Below are positions 43,062 through 54,294 of a DNA stretch of 64,000 nucleotides, piece by piece. Positions within the stretch are counted from its first letter, which is position 1. Every line of letters begins with the position of its first letter. This DNA is from Pelagomonas calceolata (lineage: Eukaryota), in assembly GCA_918797485.1 (NCBI GenBank), contig CAKKNE010000006.1, positions 620,001-684,000 of the forward strand, read 5' to 3'. Below the pieces are notes generated by a model. The model saw only the letters and a program-made list of their open reading frames with translations, was not told where the DNA came from and made no database searches. Both the position numbers and the translations under genes were made by a program.

Positions 43062-43215
43062 TCAGGCTCGAGCAGAGCCCTGGAGGGCCGCTACCATCGA
43101 TTACGGACGCAAAACCACGCCCGGGGCTTTGCCCGCGTTCGAGCTGACGTCCAGAGAGAGCGCGCAAGTTACCTCATCATCTAAGACTTTTTTTCAGTGG
43201 GGGTGCAACACAATC

Positions 43216-43764
43216 ATGGCCGAGTTGGACGCCGCGGCCATGGAGCGGTTGAGAAAAGAAATGGGCGAGAAAGTAGAGATCCCAGTGCCGGAGGGCATGA
43301 TACCAGTCCACGACAACAAGGCGACCGCCGTGTTGGCCGCCCCGGGCGATCTGGAGAGGTTGCGCGAGAGCATGGAGCCAGAGTTAGTGATGAGCACCCT
43401 GGTCGATCCGCTCGCCGTCGTGCGGCTGACGCCCTTTTCGGCCATTCCGGAATGGGCCAACCACTCAACCTTTTGCTCGATCACGCGGACGGCGGATGAA
43501 TTGTCGATCGTAACGTGCTCCTTCGACGTGCCGGCGACGGAGCAGCGGGAAGGCCCGTTTACGGCATTCATGGTGCACGGCCCGCTCGACTTCGCCCTGA
43601 CCGGGATTCTGAGTCGAATCGCGACGGCGCTCGCGCGCGCCGGCGTCAGCATCTTCGCCATCTCGACGTTCGACACGGACTACGTGCTCGTCCCGAGCGC
43701 GGACGCCGACAAAGCCCGGAGCGCCCTGACGGCGAGCGGGACCTGCCGCTTCACCGATCCGTAG
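43216..43764 (+). CDS. ACT-domain protein (CASTOR/ACT_7-like)
   Basis: SITRTADELSIV, GPLDFALTGILSRIA..LARAGVSIFAISTFDTDYVLV. Confidence 0.85.
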   Translation: MAELDAAAMERLRKEMGEKVEIPVPEGMIPVHDNKATAVLAAPGDLERLRESMEPELVMSTLVDPLAVVRLTPFSAIPEWANHSTFCSITRTADELSIVTCSFDVPATEQREGPFTAFMVHGPLDFALTGILSRIATALARAGVSIFAISTFDTDYVLVPSADADKARSALTASGTCRFTDP

Positions 43765-43872
43765 CTAGGGTTCCTAACTCGTGTGAACTGACTTCAGCCC
43801 ACCTCCGCGCCATCGACGCGAGATCGAACGACAGGGAGACGATGATATACTAAAACATTACTGAAAAGGGGG

Positions 43873-45557
43873 TCAGGTAGTAGCGACGCGCTTCACGGGC
43901 AGGCCCTTGCGCCGGAGCATGTCCGCGTAGGAGAGCTGCTTCCGCTCCGGTTGTGCTGGTGGCGGGTCCTCCGGTTGGGGCCGCTCCGACTCGGGGTCGA
44001 CTTGGACCTCCTCCTCCTCGTCGGACGACGAATCATACACCGTTCGCACCTCGAGCGGCAAGTCGTCGCGACTCGTATGTCTGAGACAAAGGTCCATGCC
44101 TTCCGTCCGCAGCGTCCAGCAGTTCACCCTCGCGCTGAATTCGCGCACTTGGGGCGTCAGGTCGACCTTAAACTTCACGCCCTCCTTGTCCGTCCGGAAA
44201 ACAAGTCCCACGAAGAAAGATCTCGTTTTTCGCGCACCATTCGTGTTCTCCAGAGGCGTGGCATGGACCCTGGCTGGCGTTTCTAAATCTAGTGCCACGA
44301 CGAACTGCCTGAGTCTAGACTCGCACCAGGCCGTCCACCTCCGTAGGGCATCATCGCTGTCGGCGGACACGTCGACTTGCACGTAGTGTCTATGGGCCTC
44401 GAAGAAGTCCGACGGCCGGAAAAACCTCCGCCAGGCCCGCTGGAGCTGCTTCGGCGTCCGCGTTTCAGAATGAGCGAGTTTCTGGATCCTCCGCGTTTCG
44501 GATCTACCAAGCGTCAGCTCCTCCTTGATGGCTCGCAGCTGCGGCGCGCCGATATTGTACGACGAGTTCATGGATGGGTGCGCCGGCGTGACGATGGGCG
44601 CGAGGTGGGCGCGGTCGCGGGGGTTGAGCCTGCGTTATCGAGCGTTGACGCCGTCGTCGCGACACATGACAAAGGGACACTGCATAAGCACCGCGGGTTC
44701 CACGCCCGCGCGTCGTCGGCGGAAGGCTGCCGCAGCATGATGGGGTTCGGCCACTCCCACACCTCCATGATCCGGAAGAACTTTTCCAGCACGACCGCGG
44801 GGTCTTTTAACGGGTACTTCTGGCAGACGAAGGCGACCAGGATGGCGCAGTTGATGCCGCCCAATAGCCCTAGCACATTGCTGTAGAGTCCTTTGCACCT
44901 AGCCCATTTTTTGATCGCTCGTAGGGCCACTCTAAATACGCTTTGATCCGGTACTAGATCAAGCAAGTACTCAGCTACTCGGGCACCATTCAAACTCCGC
45001 ACGGACACGTCATCGAGACCGTTCATCAGCGAGTCGTCCATGATATCTAGGGGCTCAGGTAATTTTTCTAGGTCTAACGGAGCAAACAATAGATCTACGT
45101 CCGTCGTACTCATCCGGAACTTCAATACGGGCGTGTAGGCGTCCCTGACGGGCATGACCCTGCCTTCTCCTACATCCTCTCGGTTCTCTAAGCGCTTGGC
45201 CAGTCGGTCGAAGAATGCTGTTCTAGTACAATGCCTCGGCGCTACTAACACAAGATCAATATCCGCGTCGGGCGTGTGGACATCTAATTTAACGGAGCCA
45301 AACGTCCTCAGCTCGCATCTAGGTGAAGAATCATGATCATTCCCCTGCAGGAGCCACTCCTCGCGGCACCAGTGCTGGCACTCGGCCGCGACGTCGTCGA
45401 TCAGCGAGGCGCGTCGTCGCGACCCTTCCTGCGATTCGTAGACACCTAGAGCTTTCAGGACCGTGACTAGGGCGGCACTCGAGTCCTCGTCGCCGTCGTG
45501 GGGCGGCGCCTCGTCGAGCGGCTGGGTGATGCCGTACTTCGAGGCGTCGGCGGCCAT
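43873..45557 (-). CDS. PAP: Canonical poly(A) polymerase; intron 44630-44691
   Basis: YGITQP, FGSVKL..DADID, DAYTPVLK, RSLNGARV, IKKWA..GLYSN, PIVTPAHPSMNSSYN. Confidence 0.92.
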
Positions 45558-45843
45558 GGCCCTCGCGCCGCGCCGCCGGCGTTTGTGTGTTTGTAGTCTC
45601 GACGGCTGCTTTTCCGCGCCGCCGGTCAGTGGTCGTCGCGGCGCCGCCCGGAGAACGCGCGCCGCTCCGGGTCAGCGGTTTTATGAGTAAGCCCTAACTA
45701 AGGCGCTGCGGCTCGTCTCGCGCGCCGGCACGTAGAGCTCGTCTGTCTTTCGATCTATGCGCTGGCTGCGCAGGTCGACACGGCGTTTACGCGCAGTGCG
45801 GAGCCTAGGAAAGCCGGTAGCTAGCGCGACGGCCTCGACGATT

Positions 45844-45867
45844 GCTAGTGTCTTACAGGCCGCTAGC
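45844..45867 (+). promoter_or_regulatory. Intergenic dyad motif copy
   Basis: GCTAGTGTCTTACAGGCCGCTAGC, divergent spacer. Confidence 0.6.
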
Positions 45868-46140
45868 CGTCGACGCGACAGCCCTGCCGGCACGCGTGCG
45901 CCGGCGAGGAGTCGCACGGAGCGCGTGAAAGCGCACGCTAACCGCCGTGCGGGGTGCACCGAAGAGTCTGGCGTGAGGCAAAGCCAGCGGCCACGCGGGG
46001 CGCCCCAGACGGTCGCTGGCGCGGCAGGCGACGGTTCCTGACCCCCTCCGCACGCCTGATCAAGTTTGACGCGCGCGGACGGCGGGGCAGCGGCTGCCCC
46101 GACTTTGAGGCAGCCTACCCGACGCCGCCGCCGAGACGCG

Positions 46141-47861
46141 ATGGTGGACGAGGACCTCGAGCGCATCAAAGCGCTCGAGGTCCTGGACGAGGACCTCGAG
46201 CGCATCAAAGCGCTCCGGCTCAAGGCCGCCGCCACATCAGCGCAGGCCGACGACGAGGAGCGGGACCGCATCGCAGAGCTGCGCCGGCGGACACAAGGCC
46301 ACGCCGACGAGGACCTCGAGCGTATCGCGGCTTTGCGCCGGCGGACGGCGGCGACGCCCTCATGGACGCCGGAGGACGACGAGGAACTCGCTGCGCTCAG
46401 GCTCAAGGCCGCCGCCGTTGCCACCGCCGCCGCGCCGGACGCGATCCGGCGCAAGGCGCCGCAGGAGCTGGCCACGACGGTCACGCCCGACGGCAGTTTT
46501 AATACCCAGGACGAGGCAGACACGCCCCACGCGTCGCGCGACGATTTTGCCATCGAACGGAGCATTGGCAAGGGAGCGTTCGGCGAAGTCTTCCTCGCCA
46601 CGTCCAAACAAAATGGCAGGACCTACGCCATCAAGACGATCCCGCGGGGCAAGGCCGGCGACGAACGTCGAGCGCTGTTGGCGGTCAAGCACCCTTTTGT
46701 TGTCCGATTACGGTATTGGTTCGATGGTCCCGCCGACACTTGGTTAGTGATGGACTACGCGCCTCGAGGCACGCTGGCCTCCCACCTCGAGAGAAGGCCG
46801 GGGCGTAGATTGCCAATCGCCCACGCGCGGTTGGTGAGTGCGGAACTCGCCTCGGCTCTACTAGCACTACATGCGGCGGGCGTCGTCCACCGCGACGTCA
46901 AGCCGTCCAACGCCGTGTGGACATCAAATTTCGGGCGCCCCACGCCATCGACGCGACGTTAACCCAACTCACTGGTTGATTTCCACACAGGTCCAACATC
47001 CTCGTGGACGGCGCGGGGCACTGCCTGCTCGCGGACCTGGGCCTGGCCGCAACGCGTGCATCGATGCGGCTCTGTGGCACTTTGGAGTACCTGGCACCCG
47101 AACAGCTCCGAGGCAAGACGTACGGGCGAAGTGTGGACCTGTGGGCGCTCGGGTGCCTCACGTTCGAGACGTTAGTAGGGTATTCTCCGTTTTCCGCGGC
47201 TCGCACGCGCGCCGTCTTCGAGGGCATACTGCGGCACGAGCCCTACTACGTCGCGTGCGGCGATACTGACGCCATCGACCTCGTGAAGGGGTTACTGCGG
47301 AAGGACGTTGAAAAACGCTTCGGCATCTCCGAAGATTTATTGGGACACGCCTACTTCGCTGATGTGGACCGGTCTCTGCTTTATCAGAGGCGGCTGCCGC
47401 CTCCACTTAGTGGGGAGGACATCGTTCCCCAGGAATCTGTCGGGTCGTCGGTGGTGCCCTGGCCGTCCGTCGGCTCGTCCATCGCACGGGAGACGCCTCT
47501 GCAACGAGAGGCGTCACCAGTGATCGCTGTTCAGAAAAAGCACCACAAGCGCCAGAACCCGCTCGACCGCGCGCGGCAAGACCCCGCGTCGAAGCCGCGC
47601 GGGCCACCCTTGCCACCCCGTCCAGTTGAGGAGCAGCCCGCGCTGCTAGCCGCAGCGGCGACGACGGCGGCGCCGTCGCGCGAGCGGCCCGTGGTCGACG
47701 CCGCGTTGTTCGTGTCCACGGACGAGCTGCGCCTCTGGGCGGACTCAGATGAGGAGAATGGACCTCCAGTGTATCGAAGGCGGTCGGGGACGCTCTTCCG
47801 GCACGAACAGCTTTTGACGCCGGAAGCGCCGCGGCGGCGGCCTCCGAGGCATACCGTTTAA
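46141..47861 (+). CDS. AGC-like Ser/Thr kinase with N-terminal DEDLERI repeats; intron 46905-46990
   Basis: IGKGAFGEV, YAIK, HRDVKPSNIL after splicing, DLGLA, CGTLEYLAPE, DLWALG. Confidence 0.9.
46905..46998 (+). mobile_element. Introner element
   Basis: TSD GTCCAAC(G/A); TIR CCGTGTGGACATCAA / TTGATTTCCACACAG. Confidence 0.9.
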
Positions 47862-48452
47862 TTTAACTTCTGTAGTAATAGGGCCACGTGACCTTGTTTG
47901 TCGTTCCTTCCTTAGGACCTTAGTACGCAATTCCGCGGGGGTACCGCGGCCGTCGGCGTTGGCCTTTAGAGTGGCGCTACTCCCGCAGAGCCGTACCGGA
48001 CTGCTCCAAGGAGTGAATCTGGATGCGTCTAGCCCCACGGCTCTCGCGACGATAAAACAAAACAGGTTTTACTATTGACTTGGCCATTGGATTTTCGCGC
48101 TAAATCGACCGCGCCAGCAAGAGCGCGCCGTCGCAGCGCCATCCCTGAAGCCGCGCAACGCGCCCTGTGCAAGAAACCGGCGCCGCGAGCCGCGCTGTGT
48201 TTATTTCTCTCGGAGAGCGCCAAGTCATCTCAGCGCAAGCGCGACGCCGCGTACGCCGGAAAGCCGGCGCCGCCGTCGCGCGTCGTCATCAAGCTGCCGC
48301 GCTACGACTACGACGAGATCATCGACGCGCTAGAAGGCGAGGAGGACGACGCCGCGGACTCCGACGCCGGCGAGGACTACGAGCTCGCGGGCTGACTCAT
48401 ATATATACCCTTCCTTCCCCCACACGTCTAACTTTATACGATACAAATTATA

Positions 48453-49430
48453 CTAGGCCCCAGCGAGTTCGCTGGGTCCGGATCCCTGAACGACGTTCTC
48501 CAGCGCCCGCGAAAACGTGATCGACGCGCCGACCACAAACAGCTCCACGGCCAGGTGCGCCGACCCGAAGCCGACGGCGCCGAGCTTCCCGAGGCGGTGG
48601 CAAAACATGATCTCGACGGCGCCGAAGAGCGAAGCTGCCGCAATTGATAGTCCTAGAATCAACCGCCGCACGGACCGGTCCGTCTTCGCGTCGCCCGTCT
48701 GGCAGCCGCGGATCGCGTGCGCGCCGTACGTGACGCCCGACACGAGTCCAACGTAGTCGCCGCCCCACGCCGTCAAGAGCCCGTCGCCCACGAGGTAGGC
48801 GCCGAGGCGCCGAGCCCCCGCCCGCGTCGAGTTCAGCGCGCGGGCTAGCTGGAAGAAGCCGAAGATATAGAAGTAGTGCGAACCAAACCAGGCCCACGGC
48901 TTCTTAAACTCGTGAGCAAGAAAGTGCGACGCGTGCCACAGAAAAATCAAGAGGAAGCCGCGCCCCAGCGCGGCCTCGCGGCCCGGCTCGTCGCTCGCGC
49001 GCGCCCGCCGAAACGCGCGATATGCGAAGACCATCTGTGCACAGCCATAGACCGCGACCGCCGCGGCCGACGGATCGAGCGCAGCACCCGCTGCCCCTGC
49101 ATATTCACAGACGTCTTCCGGAAAGCGATACGACCGGCACCAGCGCCACGCCTCGCCGAGCGTCCGCGGATCGCGACCATTCTGCAACGCTCGCGGCGCC
49201 AGCGCTCCCGGCGCGGCCGCGAATTTCAGCCATGGCGCGCGCATCGATGGACTGATGCGGCGCATCGTCGATGGCGTGCGCGTGCGGCGCGGCACGACGA
49301 GTGCTTTGCATGCACCGATGCTTAGAACGCATCGCATGGCTCGCATTGCTGTGCAAGGCATGGCTGTGCAAGCTGCCTTGGTACGTGGATGATCTGGCCA
49401 AGCAGCGCTCCGCAAGTTGATGGCGTGCAC
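48453..49430 (-). CDS. Multi-pass membrane protein, unknown function (start uncertain)
   Basis: Several hydrophobic segments with His residues (WHASHFLAHE, SHY, AHL). Confidence 0.55.
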   Translation of the reverse strand: MHAINLRSAAWPDHPRTKAACTAMPCTAMRAMRCVLSIGACKALVVPRRTRTPSTMRRISPSMRAPWLKFAAAPGALAPRALQNGRDPRTLGEAWRWCRSYRFPEDVCEYAGAAGAALDPSAAAVAVYGCAQMVFAYRAFRRARASDEPGREAALGRGFLLIFLWHASHFLAHEFKKPWAWFGSHYFYIFGFFQLARALNSTRAGARRLGAYLVGDGLLTAWGGDYVGLVSGVTYGAHAIRGCQTGDAKTDRSVRRLILGLSIAAASLFGAVEIMFCHRLGKLGAVGFGSAHLAVELFVVGASITFSRALENVVQGSGPSELAGA

Positions 49431-49597
49431 AAATGATGAGTTTTTCTGCGTCGTGAGTGAGCTAATCCGACGAATGGCACCAATACGTCAGAGGCAGCTG
49501 CGCTGCGCCTGGCCCAGGCGCAGGTCGGCCCTGAAACTGGGGGGCATTTAAACGCTGCCCCACGCACCAACGACAGCACGCGAATTGCTAGGAATCG

Positions 49598-51238
49598 ATG
49601 AGCGGCCGCTCCCAGGCCCGCAAGAGCCAGCGCGAACTGCAAAACGTCTTTACGGCTGGTCGCGGAGGCGCTGACCAGCGGTTACCTGCCGCGCCTCGTT
49701 CGATCGCTTTGCCAGCGCCGCCGCCAGCGCCGGAAGGACTACCGATGGCGGAGCGCGTCGTCGGCGGCACTGCGAATGCGCCGGCGCCACAAGCAACGAC
49801 TTCGGAAGACGTCGCGGTGCCGGGCGCTGGGTGGGCGAACGGCGCGCGCCAAGTGCAGAGCACATTAGATGGCGGGACGGTGGGGGACAATCCGGAGTGC
49901 TCGTGCAAGTGTCTTCCGGCGCGTCTGGATAGGAAGAACGTCAAGTTAGGGTGCATGCACATCACGCCGTTGAAGACTGTCGACTGCCCCAAGTGCAACA
50001 ACTCGAGAAGCAAGAAAGCGCACTCGATTGGCTGCGACAAAAGCGAATATTTTGGCCTGACGCACGGTGAGATCGCCTCGAAGAAGGGGGGCAAGGACCC
50101 GTTCAAGGGTAAGATAACGAAGAAGGACGCCAAGGGTACGGCTCCTCTGTCCTTCTTCAAGAAGCCTCCCAATCCTCCGACGGCTCCCGTCGCACCGCCC
50201 GCGGAACCGCCGGCACCCGCTGCACCGGCGCCGGCGCCTGGAATGCTCAATAGACTTAAGGCGGCGGCCGTCGCTCTCGTGCGGCCGTCCAGCACTAAGC
50301 GTGACGCGTCGACGGCGATCGGAGATGACACCGTGGGCGAAGAGGACACCGCTGACAGGCCACGGCCTTCGTTAGCAGAAGAGACTGCCAGTTTGGAGGC
50401 CGAGGACGACGCCACGCCGCGGTTGATTCCAGAGCTCGAAAAAATCATTCATACTACTATAGAAAAGTGTCCACGCGTCCGCTACGACGACAAAGAGCGT
50501 CATTTCACCGTCTTCAAGTATTCAGGAAGTTTGAGCGCCGATGAACAACGCGAATGTTTCGCACCTGGCGACTTTAGGGTGGTTTTTCACGAGACCATCG
50601 ATACCGGCGCCGGGACGCGGCCCAGCTACATAAAACACGCGCTACGTGGTGTTGAGGTCATATTTCTGCGTCCGGACCTTAATCGGTACGGCGACGAAGA
50701 GGTGGCAGATTCCTTGCGTTGCTTTGGGTGCCGGGGGCGGCTACAGTTCTCTCGGTGGACTTATTCTAAGCGTAAGACGTGCAAGATGATCCTGACGACA
50801 GGTCGTCCACACTTCCTCGTCGAGGGGTCCTACCAGTGCACTGAATGCAAACAGATCTATGGAGCGTCGCAATATGAGATGCGGGTGATGCAGCCGCCGC
50901 GAATTCAGAGCGACCTGCCGGTCGACACGGCGTCCACTGTTTGTCTTCTGGTACATCGAGTCGATCGCGACACAGTGGACGCGGCTCCTGCGCCGGCTCC
51001 GTCTAAGTCAGGCGACGAGAAGAAGAAGAAGAAACTAGCGGCCGTTCGGAAGTACACGGGCTGCCCGAAGTGCGACTGTGGGAAGGTCGACGAAGTAGAA
51101 GAGGAGAACAAGCGCCGCGCTAACAAGGTTCCTCCGATGGGCGGGCTTCGCGGGAAGACCGTGTGGTGCAAGGACGACTGCACGCAGTGGAAGTGGATTG
51201 TCCAGCAGGGTTACCGGGAACCACGGTCTACAACGTGA
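49598..51238 (+). CDS. Cys-rich protein, possibly transposon-derived
   Basis: Cys clusters CPKC..HSIGC, CFGC..L..W..YQCTEC..PPRIQSDLP, CPKCDC..C...C; basic KKKKK tract. Confidence 0.5.
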   Translation: MSGRSQARKSQRELQNVFTAGRGGADQRLPAAPRSIALPAPPPAPEGLPMAERVVGGTANAPAPQATTSEDVAVPGAGWANGARQVQSTLDGGTVGDNPECSCKCLPARLDRKNVKLGCMHITPLKTVDCPKCNNSRSKKAHSIGCDKSEYFGLTHGEIASKKGGKDPFKGKITKKDAKGTAPLSFFKKPPNPPTAPVAPPAEPPAPAAPAPAPGMLNRLKAAAVALVRPSSTKRDASTAIGDDTVGEEDTADRPRPSLAEETASLEAEDDATPRLIPELEKIIHTTIEKCPRVRYDDKERHFTVFKYSGSLSADEQRECFAPGDFRVVFHETIDTGAGTRPSYIKHALRGVEVIFLRPDLNRYGDEEVADSLRCFGCRGRLQFSRWTYSKRKTCKMILTTGRPHFLVEGSYQCTECKQIYGASQYEMRVMQPPRIQSDLPVDTASTVCLLVHRVDRDTVDAAPAPAPSKSGDEKKKKKLAAVRKYTGCPKCDCGKVDEVEEENKRRANKVPPMGGLRGKTVWCKDDCTQWKWIVQQGYREPRSTT

Positions 51239-51603
51239 TTCTTCCGGTTTCGAAGTTCGCACCGTGGTGAATACACCACGGTGCGTAACGCCGCCATCAG
51301 CAGTCACGTTCGCGTTCGCGCGAGAGCACTTGCTATGGCCGCTTTTTGTTTGCTCCCCCTTACTTGCTACCGGCGTGTCGCCCTAGGCCTCCGTTATAGT
51401 AGTAGACCCTATTCATGGCAGCCCCTTCCCTTCGATAGATACACGCCGCGCCCCACCGTTGCTGGAGGAACATCCCCAGGCCTCCGGCGCCCACGGGCGC
51501 CTCCGGCGCCCCCCTCCCTCCCCCCTTCCTCCCCCCCCCCGACATGCGCCCCCCCCCCCCACAGAGCCGGCAGCTTGGACTGCAGCTCCAAAGGCTTGCA
51601 CTT

Positions 51604-51627
51604 GCTAGTGTCTTACAGGCCGCTAGA
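51604..51627 (+). promoter_or_regulatory. Intergenic dyad motif copy
   Basis: GCTAGTGTCTTACAGGCCGCTAGA. Confidence 0.5.
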
Positions 51628-52152
51628 ACGAATCGATCAGACTCGATTCTTACGCGACAAGATCACCCCAATAATAACGCGCTCGCTTCACGTCGTCGAT
51701 TGACCACGGCCACCGTCGTTCGCCGCGCCGCGTCGCGCCGTCGCCCCTCGCGCCATCGCACTGGCACAATCCGAAGCCCTGTAGTCTAAATTCGCGCGCG
51801 CGGCGACTTACGCGTCCCGCGACCGCTTGGCGTTCCGCCGGTTGTTGTCCTCTGTGCACGCGCCCGGCGCGTATGTAGCGTTCGCCGCCAAATCTTCCGC
51901 CTTCTTTAGTAATTCTTGCATTTCGTCGTATTCAGGGTCGGACTCGGGAAGCCTTCGGAAGTACGCGTCGCGTACCTTCGCGAGCCGCGCGTCGAGTTTG
52001 CGCGCCTCCTCAGGGGAAAGAGATACCGCGCCCTCCGGGGCGCCCTCATAGCGCGCCGTTGGGCCACGAACGACATTTTGATCGGACTTGTCCATCGGTA
52101 ATGGCCACTGAGCGAGCGCTCGCAAATGGCGCGCAAAGACTCGACCGCTCGA

Positions 52153-52177
52153 GCTAGCGTCCTGTAAAGACACTAGA
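52153..52177 (-). promoter_or_regulatory. Intergenic dyad motif copy
   Basis: Reverse complement TCTAGTGTCTTTACAGGACGCTAGC. Confidence 0.5.
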
Positions 52178-52228
52178 AAGTAAGGACCAGTATCTTATGG
52201 CACCGTAACAATCAGAGTAGAAGCAAAA

Positions 52229-53857
52229 TTACGGCCCCATGAACCCCCCGACCTCCGCCACCAATAAAGCGTGGTCGAAGGGCCACTGCGCCGTCGGCAT
52301 GAGCATCTCGATCGTGTCCCCCGACTTCAAAGAAGGGAACTGCTCGACGCCTCGTACCAAAGGCTCCATCTTCTCGCCGGCCTCGTCGGCCCGCCAGGCC
52401 ACGACGAAGTCCTTCAACGAAACGTCTAGAACGCCCGCTTTCTTCACTTGGGTCTGCAAGCGCGACCTTCTTTTCGCGACGGTCCGAGCCGCGGGATCCG
52501 AGGCCTCCTCGGCCATGATGCCACAACTTTCGAGAGCCGCCGAGAAGGCGTCACTATCACTGGTATTGGAGTCCATGCCCAGGACAAAGGCAGCCTTGTC
52601 CGAGAAATGCGTCGAGAGGGCCCTCGCGAGGGCCGGGACGAAGGCGTTGCCCACTTCCGAAGCGCCCTTGCCATGCACGGCGCACAAAGCTACGGGCACC
52701 GGTCCGGAGCGAGGTGTGGACCGCAGTCGGAACGAACCCGCTCTACGAGTCATTCTGTCGACGGCCGCCCAGCGCTTCGGTAACAATGAGGCCGACTCCG
52801 AGACCTCCGTCCGTAAGCGTCTTGCTTGGACGACGCAGGTCCTTTGGAGCGTCGTCTCCCAGTCCTTCAGGAGCTTAGGGTCATCTCCGTACAGCTTTCT
52901 ACCTTCCGCCTCCAGTGTGAGATACCAGGCGGGCTTCTCCTCCTGATCTTGGATGGTCTGGAAGGCGTCCCGCCTTGCTAGTACCGCTGTTTCTCCACTC
53001 GAGTTGATGGCGTATTTGTCCGCGAACATCGAGTACATCCGATCTGTTAAAGCAGATTTACCACCGCGAGAAATCTCCACGAGGTCATACGCCTCCTGCA
53101 GACAGACGACCTCCGGGAATTGCAACTCAGCTAACAGCTCCACGAGCTTCGTGTACTTGCCCACTTCTGTCGTGAAGTGCAGCCGATCGTGGAACGACAG
53201 GTGTTCGCGCATGATATCTCCACACGATTCAGATGAAGGATACATCCTCCTGAGCGCTTCAAAACACATCGCATCGAAGATTAACAACCCTGCAACAGCA
53301 TCACCTAATGATACTGCATACTTTTTCGCTCGTTTCGCCCAGGCCGCCCAGTCCTGGTCCGACGTGGAGTGCAACCAGCGCAGCCAGGCGCCGAAGAATT
53401 GTTGGACAGAATCGTCCTCGACGTTGGCCTCGAACTTGAGGAGATTTTCTGGCATTTCGAGGGGCGCCGGTCGCCCCACCCGCAGCGACGCCAAATTGCA
53501 GGCGTTGAAGAGCATGGGGCAGTCGCGCGTGACCCTCTCCAAAGCTTGCTCCCACGTCGCATCATTTAACAGGGAAGTAACAACACTTTCCGTGCTTCGC
53601 GGCTCGGACGCCATCTGGGCATACGCCGCGTCGACGGCTCGCTCCAGCCCTTGGCAGGAAGCCGGCCCCGCCTCGGCCAAGCAAGCATTCGCCTTCGCAA
53701 AGCGCTGGCCCCACTGCTCGCCCAGCTCTGTTAAATCTCCTCGCATCTCGAACTCGAATGAATTGGTATTGCGGCCGCCCACGTTTAACGTGCAGACCGT
53801 GAAGACGGGGGACTCGAGTTCCGGGCGGCCGTCGTCGGACTTGGCCTCGGCGTCCAT
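52229..53857 (-). CDS. Exonuclease/endonuclease/phosphatase (EEP) family protein
   Basis: TLNVG, VCLQE, AVH, LGMDSN, LKDFV, WPFDHA. Confidence 0.8.
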   Translation of the reverse strand: MDAEAKSDDGRPELESPVFTVCTLNVGGRNTNSFEFEMRGDLTELGEQWGQRFAKANACLAEAGPASCQGLERAVDAAYAQMASEPRSTESVVTSLLNDATWEQALERVTRDCPMLFNACNLASLRVGRPAPLEMPENLLKFEANVEDDSVQQFFGAWLRWLHSTSDQDWAAWAKRAKKYAVSLGDAVAGLLIFDAMCFEALRRMYPSSESCGDIMREHLSFHDRLHFTTEVGKYTKLVELLAELQFPEVVCLQEAYDLVEISRGGKSALTDRMYSMFADKYAINSSGETAVLARRDAFQTIQDQEEKPAWYLTLEAEGRKLYGDDPKLLKDWETTLQRTCVVQARRLRTEVSESASLLPKRWAAVDRMTRRAGSFRLRSTPRSGPVPVALCAVHGKGASEVGNAFVPALARALSTHFSDKAAFVLGMDSNTSDSDAFSAALESCGIMAEEASDPAARTVAKRRSRLQTQVKKAGVLDVSLKDFVVAWRADEAGEKMEPLVRGVEQFPSLKSGDTIEMLMPTAQWPFDHALLVAEVGGFMGP

Positions 53858-54294
53858 GGCTGGTGTGTGGGGCTGTTTAGGGGCTGCCCGGGCTCTGCCG
53901 GGGCGCGCGTGTGTCCACGGCCGCGTCGACGGCGTGTGGGCTGGGTCTTAAGCGTCCGCGCCGCCAATCCGGTGGCGCAGCGGGGGTCGCGGCACGCTCC
54001 GCTCTTGCACAGCGGCCAGAGCCGGGCGGCGTCGCGGGTGCCTCTCTCTTCAAGCCGTCCAAGCGTGCGTCGACGTCTCCGGGGCCCCGGCGAGCGATGG
54101 CGAGGCCCTTACTTGGAAAAGGCTCAATAAGCTCTCGGGGCAGCGGATGGGCAGCGCTAAAAAGGGCTGCCCTCGAACGCCAGCCGCCACGCGCCATTTG
54201 CAACTCAGACACGCATTTCTGAGAGCCTCACGTTAGCTTTCCAGGGGCCCGCGACGAAGGACGCGCGCCGGCACGCTGCCTGCCAAGCAGCACC

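Noticed and set aside
48075..48395. Short ORF ending in an acidic tail
   Set aside because: 3' half looks coding but no clear ATG or family; not supportable as a feature
51808..52173. 121-aa minus ORF
   Set aside because: May be a real small gene or a fragment (dyad motif nearby) but no recognisable domain
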